In this document: positions 55,391 through 64,000 of the stretch, piece by piece
How positions within the stretch are numbered: position 1 is the stretch's first letter
How the letters are laid out: each line of letters opens with the position of its first letter
Origin: a virus
Length of the DNA: 64,000 bases
Virus record (IMG/VR): IMGVR_UViG_3300004369_000011
Location: 8,081 to 72,080 of that record
Reading direction: 5' to 3' (one strand)
Program-made: the position numbers and the translations under genes
Notes under the pieces: model-generated
Told to the model about the DNA's origin: nothing
The model's database searches: none
What the model saw: the letters and a program-made list of their open reading frames with translations, nothing else

Positions 55391-55762
55391 ATGAATCACA
55401 GCGGCAACCTGCGGAATCCTCTGTATCGTCCTGGGGTAGATGAGTCTCGGTATGAGACGATGCCCTTCGCTCCATCTGCAGCTCCGCCTGCTTACGAAAC
55501 AATGCCCTACTATCCCGATTCTCAGGAAGATGAACGAGCTAATTTGGGCGCATTGTTCTTAGAGCAGTTTTTAAGCGGAAACCCCGAGGCTGTTGAAACT
55601 GCAGGACCTAGCTTTGATCTGCTTCCCGACATTGACTCCTCCGTAATGGATAGGTATCTTGAGGAGTACCGTCAGAGCCCTGGCTATACGCCGCCAAAGT
55701 TAAATATGGACGAGATTCGTAGAAATATTCGACGTGCGCGTGCACTGGTCCGAGGCGTTTAG
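55391..55762 (+). CDS. Hypothetical late-type protein
   Basis: TAAACT box upstream. YETMP occurs twice. Confidence 0.6.
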   Translation: MNHSGNLRNPLYRPGVDESRYETMPFAPSAAPPAYETMPYYPDSQEDERANLGALFLEQFLSGNPEAVETAGPSFDLLPDIDSSVMDRYLEEYRQSPGYTPPKLNMDEIRRNIRRARALVRGV

Positions 55763-55853
55763 TTTAAGAATTACAAATTAACATTGTTAACCGTTTTGAG
55801 GGTACATCATGGTGCCTTTTATGTTTAAGATGAGTTAGCGTTCCCTAACAGTA

Positions 55854-56033
55854 ATGAGCTTAACCACCTCTGTGCCCTCGCGTTTACTTTCTTCCGAGGA
55901 GTGGGATGAGCTTAACGCTCTGCGGAAGGTTATCTCTCATAATCCGGCCAGTGTGGTACCCATAAAGCAAGAGCGATTTAGTGCATTGTTCATTAGAAGC
56001 TTAGTGGGCAAAGCGGATTTCCCCTTAACTTAA
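55854..56033 (+). CDS. Small cyanophage-type hypothetical protein (59 aa)
   Basis: LSSEEWDELNALRKVISHNPASV.P.KQERFSALF.RSL. Confidence 0.6.
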   Translation: MSLTTSVPSRLLSSEEWDELNALRKVISHNPASVVPIKQERFSALFIRSLVGKADFPLT

Positions 56034-56069
56034 GCTTCGTGCTTATTGAGAAAGTTAATGAGGTATGTT

Positions 56070-56237
56070 CTAATGCACGACCTTCCAGGCGTTTGTGTCA
56101 ATCTGACATGGGCGATATGTTTTTCCGCGATATTTAAGCTGGAGATCGGGACGATGGATTAAACGCCACCATTTGGTAAATTCTTCTGCAGCTTCTTCTT
56201 TGAAATAGTTTACGCCGCGATAGCAAAGTGTAGTCAT
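56070..56237 (-). CDS. DUF4278-like peptide (55 aa)
   Basis: MTTLCYRGVNY...LKYRGKTY has the twin L.YRG..Y motifs typical of the cyanobacterial DUF4278 family. Confidence 0.7.
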   Translation of the reverse strand: MTTLCYRGVNYFKEEAAEEFTKWWRLIHRPDLQLKYRGKTYRPCQIDTNAWKVVH

Positions 56238-56363
56238 TGTTACAAAAACTCTCTTCTTGAATGCTAAACCCCTTTATTTTTGCGGATTGCAGCGCATTGT
56301 TACACTAATTGTTAAAAGAGTCTTAATTTTTGAGCAAGCAGCAACGGGTTTTTATTGATATTT

Positions 56364-56765
56364 CTAGTAATCCTTTGACATAGTTTCAAGGGAAAGCTGA
56401 ATGTCTACGTAGATTTCGGGGGGAAAGGCGCTGAAGAATTTCAGTGTGGCCGGGCAAAGCCATCCGGTAAGTGTTTTGTCGGTATGCGTTACCAATTCGT
56501 TTATTTTTTGCAGGCTGTACCAGTAACCCCCGCTTTCAAATTCGTGCTGCAGTAAATAAAATTTTGTTTGAGGGAACGGGTTAGAAGAAAAAGTTATGCG
56601 ATACGTGCTGTTTTCTACAAAGCTATATTTGTCTTTAATAATTGTGTTAATCATTTCAGGAATCCCGAGCACAAAAGGCTCGTGCAGCAGATCTCTTTTG
56701 CTGTCGGTAAAGCACCACGTCCCTGCGTGGCGATAAATTTCCAGGGTAAGGAGCGCATTAGCCAT
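56364..56765 (-). CDS. Conserved hypothetical protein (W.F.D....L..EPFV.G...GWLCPA...FF...P family)
   Basis: Recognisable conserved phage/bacterial motif. Start probably MANALL. Confidence 0.7.
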   Translation of the reverse strand: MANALLTLEIYRHAGTWCFTDSKRDLLHEPFVLGIPEMINTIIKDKYSFVENSTYRITFSSNPFPQTKFYLLQHEFESGGYWYSLQKINELVTHTDKTLTGWLCPATLKFFSAFPPEIYVDIQLSLETMSKDY

Positions 56766-56903
56766 GACTGGGTACGGTCTGTGAGTATCAGCGCATCGTA
56801 GCACACTGTGTAAGTATTGGTCTGTCCGCCGGGTTAGCCAATACAAGGGGGAGGGAAGCTGCGGACTATACCGATATAATGAGTTATAGCTTTAATCAGT
56901 CCG

Positions 56904-59900
56904 ATGCCTGTTCCGGAATACTATTCTCCTGAACAAGTTCGTAAGGCCGCCGAAGCAGTTCGAGAGGAAACGCGACGGACATCTGATTTTAGTCGTAACG
57001 CTCGTCGGAGTCTGTTTAATCGCGCTGTAGATGAGGGGTTACTTGCCGATGACATCGAAGAGATTGCCGATGAGTTAGGCGAGGATCCTTCAGATATAAA
57101 TTTTCGCGATTATCGTACGGTAGATGACTACCCAAACTATATTCCTTATAGCTATAGCTCTTCAATAGAGATTGATCCGGATCTAGAAAATTACACGGGT
57201 TATCGGTTGGCAGGGCAGGATCCTAAGGTTCGTCAGTATTTAAGTGACCCTGTAAATCGCTCTTCTTCTGCCTCTCCTGAGCTGCTAGATCAAGTTTTTC
57301 AAGATATTGCAGAAGGTCGAGTTAACCCTAATGACTTAAACGATTTACGTAGTTCTTTTGCATCGGAAATACTTAATGACCCAGACCCAACAGCGTCTCA
57401 GTGGGAAGCCGCTAACTTTATAGAGGCAGAGGGCAATGCTACTTATCCGCTTACGGCTGCAGAACGGTTAAGCTCCCAGCGTGGGAGGGGGCAGCTGGAT
57501 CCCGATATCTATTCTGGGTTTTTAGAGTTAGAAGAAGATGTGCTTGCCGCAACTTCCCTTGCTCGCACAGCTTTAGAAACGGAAACTAGTCGAGTGGGTG
57601 TACAACAAGCGCTTAACAGACGACTTAATGAGCTAGAGGGAAGTGAGGGCGGTTTGTTTCAAGATGATGCAAGACAACGATTAGCCGAGTTGGCGTCGCG
57701 TATTCCGCCTGACGTTATTCCGACCACGAGGCAAGAAGCAACTGATACGCGTAATCTGCTTTATGACCTTCAACGAAATTTAAATACCTTTAATGTTCGT
57801 GATCCTTTTAGAGAGGATTTAACTCCTCAAAGGATGGCTGAGACTGTTTTACCTTCTGTTCGAGATGCGCTAGGGGCAGAAGTAGCGGGAGACGCTGCTT
57901 ATCGAGCTATGCAAAATCGACGAGGCGAACAAAATCGAGAATTACGTCTACAACAAGGCGACTCTGTAAGAGCAAATAACCAAGAAGCTATGCGAATGAG
58001 GAGGGGGGAGCAGCGGGGACGTATTGAAGCGGAGATGGCGCGTATGAATGAGCGGGCCCGTAATCCAGTCGATATAAATACCAGGAGCCTTAGTCCCACC
58101 TTTGTTGGTGATGGTCGGGTCATTAGGCAGGACTCTATTTCAGGACTTGCTGAAAATATTGAGCAGATTCAAAACGAAGCACGGTTGAGACGTGGCCAAG
58201 CAAAGCTTGAGGACCTTAGGAATGTTCTTGCTGACTACCCGGAGGTTGAGAAACTTTTAACAGCACCTCCTCGCAAGGGAGCCCCTCAACGTATCAAGGG
58301 GGAGGAGTTCAAACCATACATGCAATATGCCGATACGACACAACAAGCATCTATGCCTGCTGATCGGGCAGCGTTGTACGACAAAATTATTGGCGGGTAT
58401 GATGATCTTGATCTAGAGAATATGACTCGGGATACTTTAAATAGAGCAGAAAAACTTTATACCTCCGGAAGCACAGAAGCGCAGAACGAAGCTCGGACTC
58501 TTATTCAAGCACTCGCGGATAACAATGAGTTGCAACAAATTGAAAAACCCGCATTCCGTACACAGAGGCCTATCGTTGGCGGTGGTGAGTATGTAAACCT
58601 TAGAGAGCCTCAGCAGAATCTAACTGAGTTACGTAATTATATCGAGCAGCGTTCGTCACGGGTAAATAAAGCACTTGAGGCTGCACAGAATGCTTTGGGC
58701 TCTGAAGTCCTTAAAACGCAATATCCCGGACTTGAAAGTCCAGTCGGCGGTCCCTTACAAGCTGCGTTTAAATTTGATCCCATTACTCGTGAGGTAACTC
58801 CATCTGATATTTTCGAGCCAGATGTGTATCGAGTTAAAGTAAGCCCCGCTAGAGCCGGTCAATTTAGGCTTGAAGATCTGCGGGACTTAGGTATGAGAGA
58901 TAGTGTATCTTTAAATGCTTTACGTTTCTTCCGAGATAACCCTGTGACGGGTACGGGGCAAATTGCCTTTGATACAGCAAAGCCAGGGGAGGACTATTCC
59001 GGCTATGAGGCTCAGACTGATATGCCGACGGAAGTCACACAACGGTTCCAGCAATTTATTCGGGACACTGGGTTAGAGCAAACTCGCCCCGGCACCTTGG
59101 TAATGAACTCCCCCATAGGATCCACTGACTTGTACAACAGACGTGTAAGAGGAGGAGAAACGGCTGATACAAGCAGCACCGTACGGAAACTTCAGCCTTT
59201 TTATGATGCTGGACAGACGTTGCCTAATTTACGAGGTTCCTCTTATATGGCCGCTGGTTTCGGGCCTACCTTACAAGAAGGGCAACAGTATGGGTATGTA
59301 GATGCGCAAGGTAGAGTTGTACCGCTTCAGCCCACGCCTACGGAGTCCGCACTCCGTGGCCAAGTTAGGGTTCCTCAAGTTGGGCCTTCTGTTGTTCGGC
59401 AAGATGTATTACCCTTAGCGTCGACTCCTCGGTATTATTCAGCGGACCCTGTAACAGCACTTGTGCCAGGTGCAATGGAGTTTGGCCGGGCTATTCGACG
59501 CACACCCGCCGCTTTGTTGCCCGGCGCTGCTGATTTAATCCCAAGTCCTGAGGCTATTCAAACGGGTTATAGGGAGGGAGCCGGAGCGATGGCAAGGCAG
59601 ATGGCAGGGGAGTTTATGCAGGGGTTACCTGTATCAGCCGCCGCTGCCTCGGCTTTAGCTAACCCAATTGGTGCTGTTGTTGCACCTGGTATTGGTGCGG
59701 GGATGGTCGGGGTAGCAGGGGCACGGGCGCTGAATGAAGTTGTGCGACAACAAACGGGCGAGGGGATTGTGCCGAAATTGAGGCAGGCTTTGGGTACGGC
59801 GCCTCGAACTGGTGTGGCGGATCGGAATAGGGCGCGTCCTCTTGGGGTTAGTGGTCAGCCGGCACGAGTTGTGCCCACGCGGCAGATGAACCCGATTGTT

Positions 59901-59996
59901 CGAGAAATTCAAAATAGGCTTGGGTTAGCGGGCGCTCGGTTTAATCCGGCACGAGGTGAATTCGTGTTGTCTGAGTTATTAGGGTTATCTAGGTAA
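56904..59996 (+). CDS. Large (1030 aa) protein, possible internal virion/ejection protein
   Basis: No Cys, helical and R/E/Q-rich, A/G-rich hydrophobic C-terminal segment. TATAAT box at 56875. Contains RLAGQ. Confidence 0.6.
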   Translation: MPVPEYYSPEQVRKAAEAVREETRRTSDFSRNARRSLFNRAVDEGLLADDIEEIADELGEDPSDINFRDYRTVDDYPNYIPYSYSSSIEIDPDLENYTGYRLAGQDPKVRQYLSDPVNRSSSASPELLDQVFQDIAEGRVNPNDLNDLRSSFASEILNDPDPTASQWEAANFIEAEGNATYPLTAAERLSSQRGRGQLDPDIYSGFLELEEDVLAATSLARTALETETSRVGVQQALNRRLNELEGSEGGLFQDDARQRLAELASRIPPDVIPTTRQEATDTRNLLYDLQRNLNTFNVRDPFREDLTPQRMAETVLPSVRDALGAEVAGDAAYRAMQNRRGEQNRELRLQQGDSVRANNQEAMRMRRGEQRGRIEAEMARMNERARNPVDINTRSLSPTFVGDGRVIRQDSISGLAENIEQIQNEARLRRGQAKLEDLRNVLADYPEVEKLLTAPPRKGAPQRIKGEEFKPYMQYADTTQQASMPADRAALYDKIIGGYDDLDLENMTRDTLNRAEKLYTSGSTEAQNEARTLIQALADNNELQQIEKPAFRTQRPIVGGGEYVNLREPQQNLTELRNYIEQRSSRVNKALEAAQNALGSEVLKTQYPGLESPVGGPLQAAFKFDPITREVTPSDIFEPDVYRVKVSPARAGQFRLEDLRDLGMRDSVSLNALRFFRDNPVTGTGQIAFDTAKPGEDYSGYEAQTDMPTEVTQRFQQFIRDTGLEQTRPGTLVMNSPIGSTDLYNRRVRGGETADTSSTVRKLQPFYDAGQTLPNLRGSSYMAAGFGPTLQEGQQYGYVDAQGRVVPLQPTPTESALRGQVRVPQVGPSVVRQDVLPLASTPRYYSADPVTALVPGAMEFGRAIRRTPAALLPGAADLIPSPEAIQTGYREGAGAMARQMAGEFMQGLPVSAAAASALANPIGAVVAPGIGAGMVGVAGARALNEVVRQQTGEGIVPKLRQALGTAPRTGVADRNRARPLGVSGQPARVVPTRQMNPIVREIQNRLGLAGARFNPARGEFVLSELLGLSR

Positions 59997-60183
59997 GGGT
60001 TCGGGTTCTGTCGATGGGATACCGATCCAAGCTGTTTAGTTTGTGGGCTAAAGCCCTGGGTGAAAAGACGTCGGACTGCAAGCACGAAGCGGATTTTGTC
60101 GCGTGGATACGGACACTCATTTTCGTTACGTATTTCGTAACCAATTGTTTTATTGTTGCCGGGGTTATTCGACATTGGAACAA
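59989..60183 (-). CDS. Hypothetical protein
   Basis: 64-aa ORF following the methyltransferase. Confidence 0.4.
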   Translation of the reverse strand: MFQCRITPATIKQLVTKYVTKMSVRIHATKSASCLQSDVFSPRALAHKLNSLDRYPIDRTRTLT

Positions 60184-60188
60184 CTAGA

Positions 60189-60890
60189 CTATTTAACTTG
60201 ACAGACGAGTTGCCAACCAGAGAATACAGCGAGTTCCATAGAGGCAAAAGCGTTTAGGGCGCCGTCGACTCCCCGTTGTACGTCCGGGTGGCCGTAATCG
60301 TCAAAGATTACCAGACCACCAGATTTGACCATGGGTACGTAAAGAGTTGTGTCACGTGCTACAGAGGTCGGATCGTGGGCGCCATCGATGTAGAGGACGT
60401 CAATCCAGGGACCCGAGGGAAAACGACGGTTTAGTTCAGGGAATACGTCCCAACTGCACCCTTTGATGATTTCAATTTTGGCTGCGTTATCCGATTTAGC
60501 AATGTTCCCCCTAGCTGTCAGCTCAATTCGGTCTAATTCAGGGTAGTTTTCCGGTTTTGCATGGTGCTCTTCGCTTCCTGTAAAGGGATCTATCGAAATC
60601 AAACGGGAATAAGGGTGGGAAAGATAAAAATCAGACCAAAAACAAGAGGATGCCCCCTCGTAGATGCCTATTTCAACTATCTGTCGGCATTCGTCCGGAA
60701 TTAACGCCAGTTTTTGAGCCTCCGGGTGGGTGTTTAACGCCATATCTGTATTCAATAGGGTGTCATACCACCCTTGGTTAAAGGTGTATCGCTCATCTAG
60801 CTTCTTTTTACCTTGTACAACAACTTTGGCCTGTGTCCCCTCTTTGAGTTGGGACATCAGTTCTTTAAATTTAGGAGCCGAGGTGGTCAT
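60189..60890 (-). CDS. Class I SAM-dependent methyltransferase (Methyltransf_24-like)
   Basis: VEIG.YEG.S, SIDPF, D.LYIDG.H and K.GG..IFDDY. Confidence 0.9.
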   Translation of the reverse strand: MTTSAPKFKELMSQLKEGTQAKVVVQGKKKLDERYTFNQGWYDTLLNTDMALNTHPEAQKLALIPDECRQIVEIGIYEGASSCFWSDFYLSHPYSRLISIDPFTGSEEHHAKPENYPELDRIELTARGNIAKSDNAAKIEIIKGCSWDVFPELNRRFPSGPWIDVLYIDGAHDPTSVARDTTLYVPMVKSGGLVIFDDYGHPDVQRGVDGALNAFASMELAVFSGWQLVCQVK

Positions 60891-60976
60891 GAAGGGTATT
60901 ACGCTCACACTATGGTACCAGTCTTCGGGGAGCTTGCACGCTTACAGGAGATGCGCTATGCTTGTCATGTCACTAG

Positions 60977-61306
60977 ATGCTCTACATGCCTGACATCATT
61001 CGGGTTAACGCCGATACCAAGCACTTGATTGCCATCGCGGCCATTTGGAAATCTCCTGATCTCCTCCGCCTTTTGTTTATGGTGGGGTTTGTGCTTTTGA
61101 TTGTCCTGCCGTTCTGCTCCTACTTCATGGCCAACAGCGAAAAGCAGAACGTTAAGATGCGGGAGTTTCAGTCTTTGGTGCGGAACTGCGAAAAAGTTAC
61201 TTTTGATAAGTATGGGTATGGGTTGTCTCCTGTTCAATCTGGTGCGGTTAATCAGCAGTGCAAGCGGTGGGCAAACGCCAGGGTTCGTATTTATGAAAAT
61301 ATCTGA
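60977..61306 (+). CDS. Hypothetical membrane protein
   Basis: One transmembrane-like segment. Confidence 0.45.
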   Translation: MLYMPDIIRVNADTKHLIAIAAIWKSPDLLRLLFMVGFVLLIVLPFCSYFMANSEKQNVKMREFQSLVRNCEKVTFDKYGYGLSPVQSGAVNQQCKRWANARVRIYENI

Positions 61307-61367
61307 AAGGCTTTCTTGCTCTTTGAGCGTATTTGCCTTACGTTGCCCTTAAGACGTTTCTTTTGTT

Positions 61368-61577
61368 ATGCCCCGCCCTCTAGTGTTCTATCTTTGCCCA
61401 GAGTGCTCCAAGACACTTAGTCTTAGTGGTTCTCGCCTAAAAGAATGGGTTAAGCGTAAGCGCAAGAAACCCAACATTGCAGGTCCCTACTGCGACTATC
61501 GCTGCTCCAGTGCTGCTAATGTGCGGCTGGCTGCGGAAGCCAAACGATTTCGTCTGGAGTCGTTAGACTCCAACTAA
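61368..61577 (+). CDS. Small zinc-finger protein
   Basis: CPEC...YC...C. Confidence 0.6.
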   Translation: MPRPLVFYLCPECSKTLSLSGSRLKEWVKRKRKKPNIAGPYCDYRCSSAANVRLAAEAKRFRLESLDSN

Positions 61578-61591
61578 GTCAGATTGTGCAC

Positions 61592-61673
61592 GCTGTAGTG
61601 CTGGAACGGTATACAGAACGCACTTAAAATGCGTCGGGCTTTGCCCTTATGGGTTCGAATCCCATCTGCAGCA
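61592..61673 (+). tRNA. trnL: tRNA-Leu (anticodon TAA), CCA not encoded
   Basis: Acceptor GCTGTAG/CTGCAGC, anticodon arm ACGCA-CTTAAAA-TGCGT, variable arm GGGC-TTT-GCCC, T arm ATGGG-TTCGAAT-CCCAT. Confidence 0.95.
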
Positions 61674-61689
61674 TTTCTTTACTTAATTA

Positions 61690-62091
61690 ATGGCTTTTGT
61701 TTCTCGGGTTGAAAGCGCTCCTCGTTGCCCCAAATGTGCAAAAGGACGAATGCTTGTTATTGAAATTCGAAAGACTACCACCGCTGTGCGTCGACGTCGC
61801 CAGTGCTCTGAGTGTGAGTACCGCATGACCAGCTATGAAATTGAACAGCCTATTTTCGAAGATTTTAAAAAAGCAAAAGAGTCTATGACAAAGATTCTAA
61901 AGACACTTCAGTTAACTCCCTCGTCAAACCCCGTGGTAGAACATCTCCCCGCAGATATCGAGACTGCCGGGGAAGTACCCTGTTACGACTGTCTTAACTT
62001 TCGCAAACTGTACGGGTGCAGTTTTGATTTCCCTGAGGCTTTTACAGAAGAGGCTAAGGGATGTATTCACTTTGATTCGATAAAGACGTAG
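61690..62091 (+). CDS. NrdR-like zinc-ribbon protein
   Basis: CPKC......V.E.R......RRRR.C..C..R.T.YE, plus a second Cys cluster. Confidence 0.75.
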   Translation: MAFVSRVESAPRCPKCAKGRMLVIEIRKTTTAVRRRRQCSECEYRMTSYEIEQPIFEDFKKAKESMTKILKTLQLTPSSNPVVEHLPADIETAGEVPCYDCLNFRKLYGCSFDFPEAFTEEAKGCIHFDSIKT

Positions 62092-62127
62092 CTTTGAGTT
62101 AATATACTGCTACTGCTTTTGCTGAGT

Positions 62128-62898
62128 ATGAAGTCAATTCCCGTTGTGGGGACAGCCATCGTCAATGCTCCTTATTGGCTGCATCGCCTTTTTATGAGCA
62201 TTGACTATCCGGTTGATAATTTTGTTGTGTTTAACAACAATGGTAGGGGGCAGATTACACAAGAAGTCGATGCTCTTCTACTTACCCCTAACCCCTTTAT
62301 AAAAAAAGTTCATATCTGCCACCTGCCTGCCAATCTAGGTTGTTCCGGTGCATGGAATTTAATCATTAAGTCGTTTATGAATGCATCTTACTGGGTTATT
62401 TCTAATCACGATGTGATGTTTGAACCTGGTTTTTTACAAGAGATGAGCGAGAAAGCTGAGGACTCCGAAGTCGGTGTGGTGCATGGCGCAGGCGGTGGTT
62501 GGGACATTTTCTTATTAAAAGATTGGATGGTTCAGCGTTATGGTCTTTTTGATGAAAACCTATATCCCGGCTATTGCGAAGATATGGACTACGGGATGAG
62601 ATTTATTCATGATGATGTTAAACGTGTATTGGGGCTCGAAAAGGGTTACTACCACGGAGCTAAGAAAAATGATTACGCAGATGGCAGTCAAACTTGGCGT
62701 TCTGAACCAGCTCTTGCTCAGAAAATTCATGCAGCGCATGAACTTAATAAGTGTTATCTCCATTTAAAGTGGGGCGAGCCGTGGCAGGCTCATGTCGAGG
62801 GGGAGACTTATAAGACTCCTTTCGGCGTTACTGAGCTTCCTGTTGATTTCACTACGTATGACTTAAGCTTTGTCCGCCGCAAAAACCTGGGGTTTTGA
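62128..62898 (+). CDS. Glycosyltransferase family 2-like
   Basis: NLG.SGAWN, ISNHDV and G.FDEN.YP.Y.ED.DY..R. Confidence 0.85.
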   Translation: MKSIPVVGTAIVNAPYWLHRLFMSIDYPVDNFVVFNNNGRGQITQEVDALLLTPNPFIKKVHICHLPANLGCSGAWNLIIKSFMNASYWVISNHDVMFEPGFLQEMSEKAEDSEVGVVHGAGGGWDIFLLKDWMVQRYGLFDENLYPGYCEDMDYGMRFIHDDVKRVLGLEKGYYHGAKKNDYADGSQTWRSEPALAQKIHAAHELNKCYLHLKWGEPWQAHVEGETYKTPFGVTELPVDFTTYDLSFVRRKNLGF

Positions 62899-62899
62899 T

Positions 62900-63577
62900 A
62901 TGTTGCCTATTCGTCATGTTATTGAAAGCGCCTGTACGTCTGTTGACGATGATCCGGCGACTCAAATCTTTAACGACTACGACATGCTTTGCCGAGCGGT
63001 TCTCTTGGCCTCTAGGCAAACTATTAAGAGTAAAAATCCTTTCGCAAATTTGTTTCCCGGAGATCACTACAGGATTCTTTCGGGTTTGATGCTGGAGTTA
63101 CAGCCAAAAGTTATTGTTGATATAGGCACTCACTTTGGCGCTGGTACGCGAATTTTTCTAGATTACGCTCCTGGTGCAGTTGTACATACTTTTGACGTGA
63201 CCCCTTGGGATCGTCTTGATACAACTTATTTAACTTCTAAAGATTTTGTTGAAAACGGGGGACGGCTTACTCAGTACATTGCTGATTTAAGTGACCCCAG
63301 AGTTTTTCCTTCTTTTATAGAGATACTCGATACCGCTGATTTTATTATGTGTGACGGACCTAAAGACGGAAATTTTGAAAATAAGTTTTATACTTTACTA
63401 TCCACGCTAAACCTTGTTAAGAAACCACGTTGGTTGTTTCTCGACGACATTCGTCTTTTAAGCGAAATTAACAGTTGGAGAAGCATCCAAAGCCCAAAGA
63501 TAGATATAACTTCTTTTGGGCACTTTAGTGGGTCTGGCCTCGTGGATATCTCCCAGGGTTTTGTTTTCGATCCCTAA
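62900..63577 (+). CDS. Class I SAM-dependent methyltransferase (Methyltransf_24-like)
   Basis: VDIGTH.G, FDV, DFI..DGP.DG, FLDDI and GH.SGSG. Confidence 0.8.
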   Translation: MLPIRHVIESACTSVDDDPATQIFNDYDMLCRAVLLASRQTIKSKNPFANLFPGDHYRILSGLMLELQPKVIVDIGTHFGAGTRIFLDYAPGAVVHTFDVTPWDRLDTTYLTSKDFVENGGRLTQYIADLSDPRVFPSFIEILDTADFIMCDGPKDGNFENKFYTLLSTLNLVKKPRWLFLDDIRLLSEINSWRSIQSPKIDITSFGHFSGSGLVDISQGFVFDP

Positions 63578-63583
63578 GTCAAA

Positions 63584-63862
63584 ATGCCTTTTTACTCAGC
63601 GCACCCGTCGAAAGGCAAGCTTTTCAACAACCTTAAAAGCTTGTTGGAGATTAAAAAGCTTTCTTCCTTTGCTCTTAGTAAGGAAGCAGATCTTTCTCCG
63701 ACCACTACACGTAAGATCTGTGGTGATACAGGCTACATACCTTCGCCTGATGTTTTAGAAAAAATTTGTTTAACCTTAGAGTGCGCTCCTGGCGACGTAC
63801 TAGGAATTCGGAGTACAATGGAATCAGCAGTTGCAGTAGGGTCTGGTGTTTTCTGTTGCTGA
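63584..63862 (+). CDS. Cro/C1-type HTH regulator
   Basis: NLK.LL....LS...LS....LS.TT.........P...VLEKIC..L.C.PGD.L. Confidence 0.85.
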   Translation: MPFYSAHPSKGKLFNNLKSLLEIKKLSSFALSKEADLSPTTTRKICGDTGYIPSPDVLEKICLTLECAPGDVLGIRSTMESAVAVGSGVFCC

Positions 63863-64000
63863 TTATGAGCTAGCTTCCCGCGTGCTGGGGTTGCCGGTTC
63901 CTACTACTCCAGCGGAGATGGCGGCAGCTACTCCCCTAACCGCTCGCGTACTTAGGCAGTTTGGTCGCGTTCAACCCCCCGTTCCTGGGCAAGAAGCTGA
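63846..64000 (+). CDS. Hypothetical protein, truncated by the window end
   Basis: GTG start after TACAAT. Reads VFSVADYELASRVLGLPVPTTPAEMAAA... and is open to the end. Confidence 0.5.
   Translation, partial: MFSVADYELASRVLGLPVPTTPAEMAAATPLTARVLRQFGRVQPPVPGQEA

Noticed and set aside
56238-56345. Glutamine riboswitch (glnA/Downstream-peptide) upstream of the DUF4278 peptide
   Set aside because: Expected by association, but I see no CGUUCA...GGAAG-type core in this AT-rich leader.
1-64000. Alternative genetic code or introns/inteins
   Set aside because: Long genes (polA, primase-helicase, thyX) are intact and of normal size under the standard code, and all three stop codons are used.

Overview
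This 64 kb window is part of a tailed dsDNA phage genome that almost certainly infects a cyanobacterium, probably Synechococcus/Cyanobium-like. Host evidence: two NblA-like genes, a DUF4278 peptide, cyanophage-type small proteins and 2OG-Fe(II) oxygenases, and cyanobacterial-type boxA sequences. Layout: (1) 1-31.3 kb, mostly + strand late genes: end of the major capsid gene, virion proteins, Ser-Gly-rich fibres, tail-collar proteins, oxygenases, lysis genes and thyX. (2) 31.3-53.9 kb, - strand replication and early genes: primase/SF3 helicase, PD-(D/E)xK nuclease, SSB, PolA, MoxR-VWA module, dcd and small early ORFs. (3) 53.9-55.1 kb, non-coding control region. (4) 55.1-64 kb, mixed genes including a 1030-aa protein, methyltransferases, a GT2 and tRNA-Leu(TAA). 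The most notable signals are: a shared R-[LFIV]-A-G peptide motif in ten unrelated late proteins; a strand-polarised octamer CCCCGTGG (12 copies on +, none seen on -, about every 5-7 kb); tandem promoter-GNRA hairpin-boxA units resembling rRNA antitermination sites; several catalytically degenerate enzymes; and a modular fibre system with a shared C-terminal motif and a deletion scar. All assignments come from motif recognition by eye. No database searches were run and all counts are manual.
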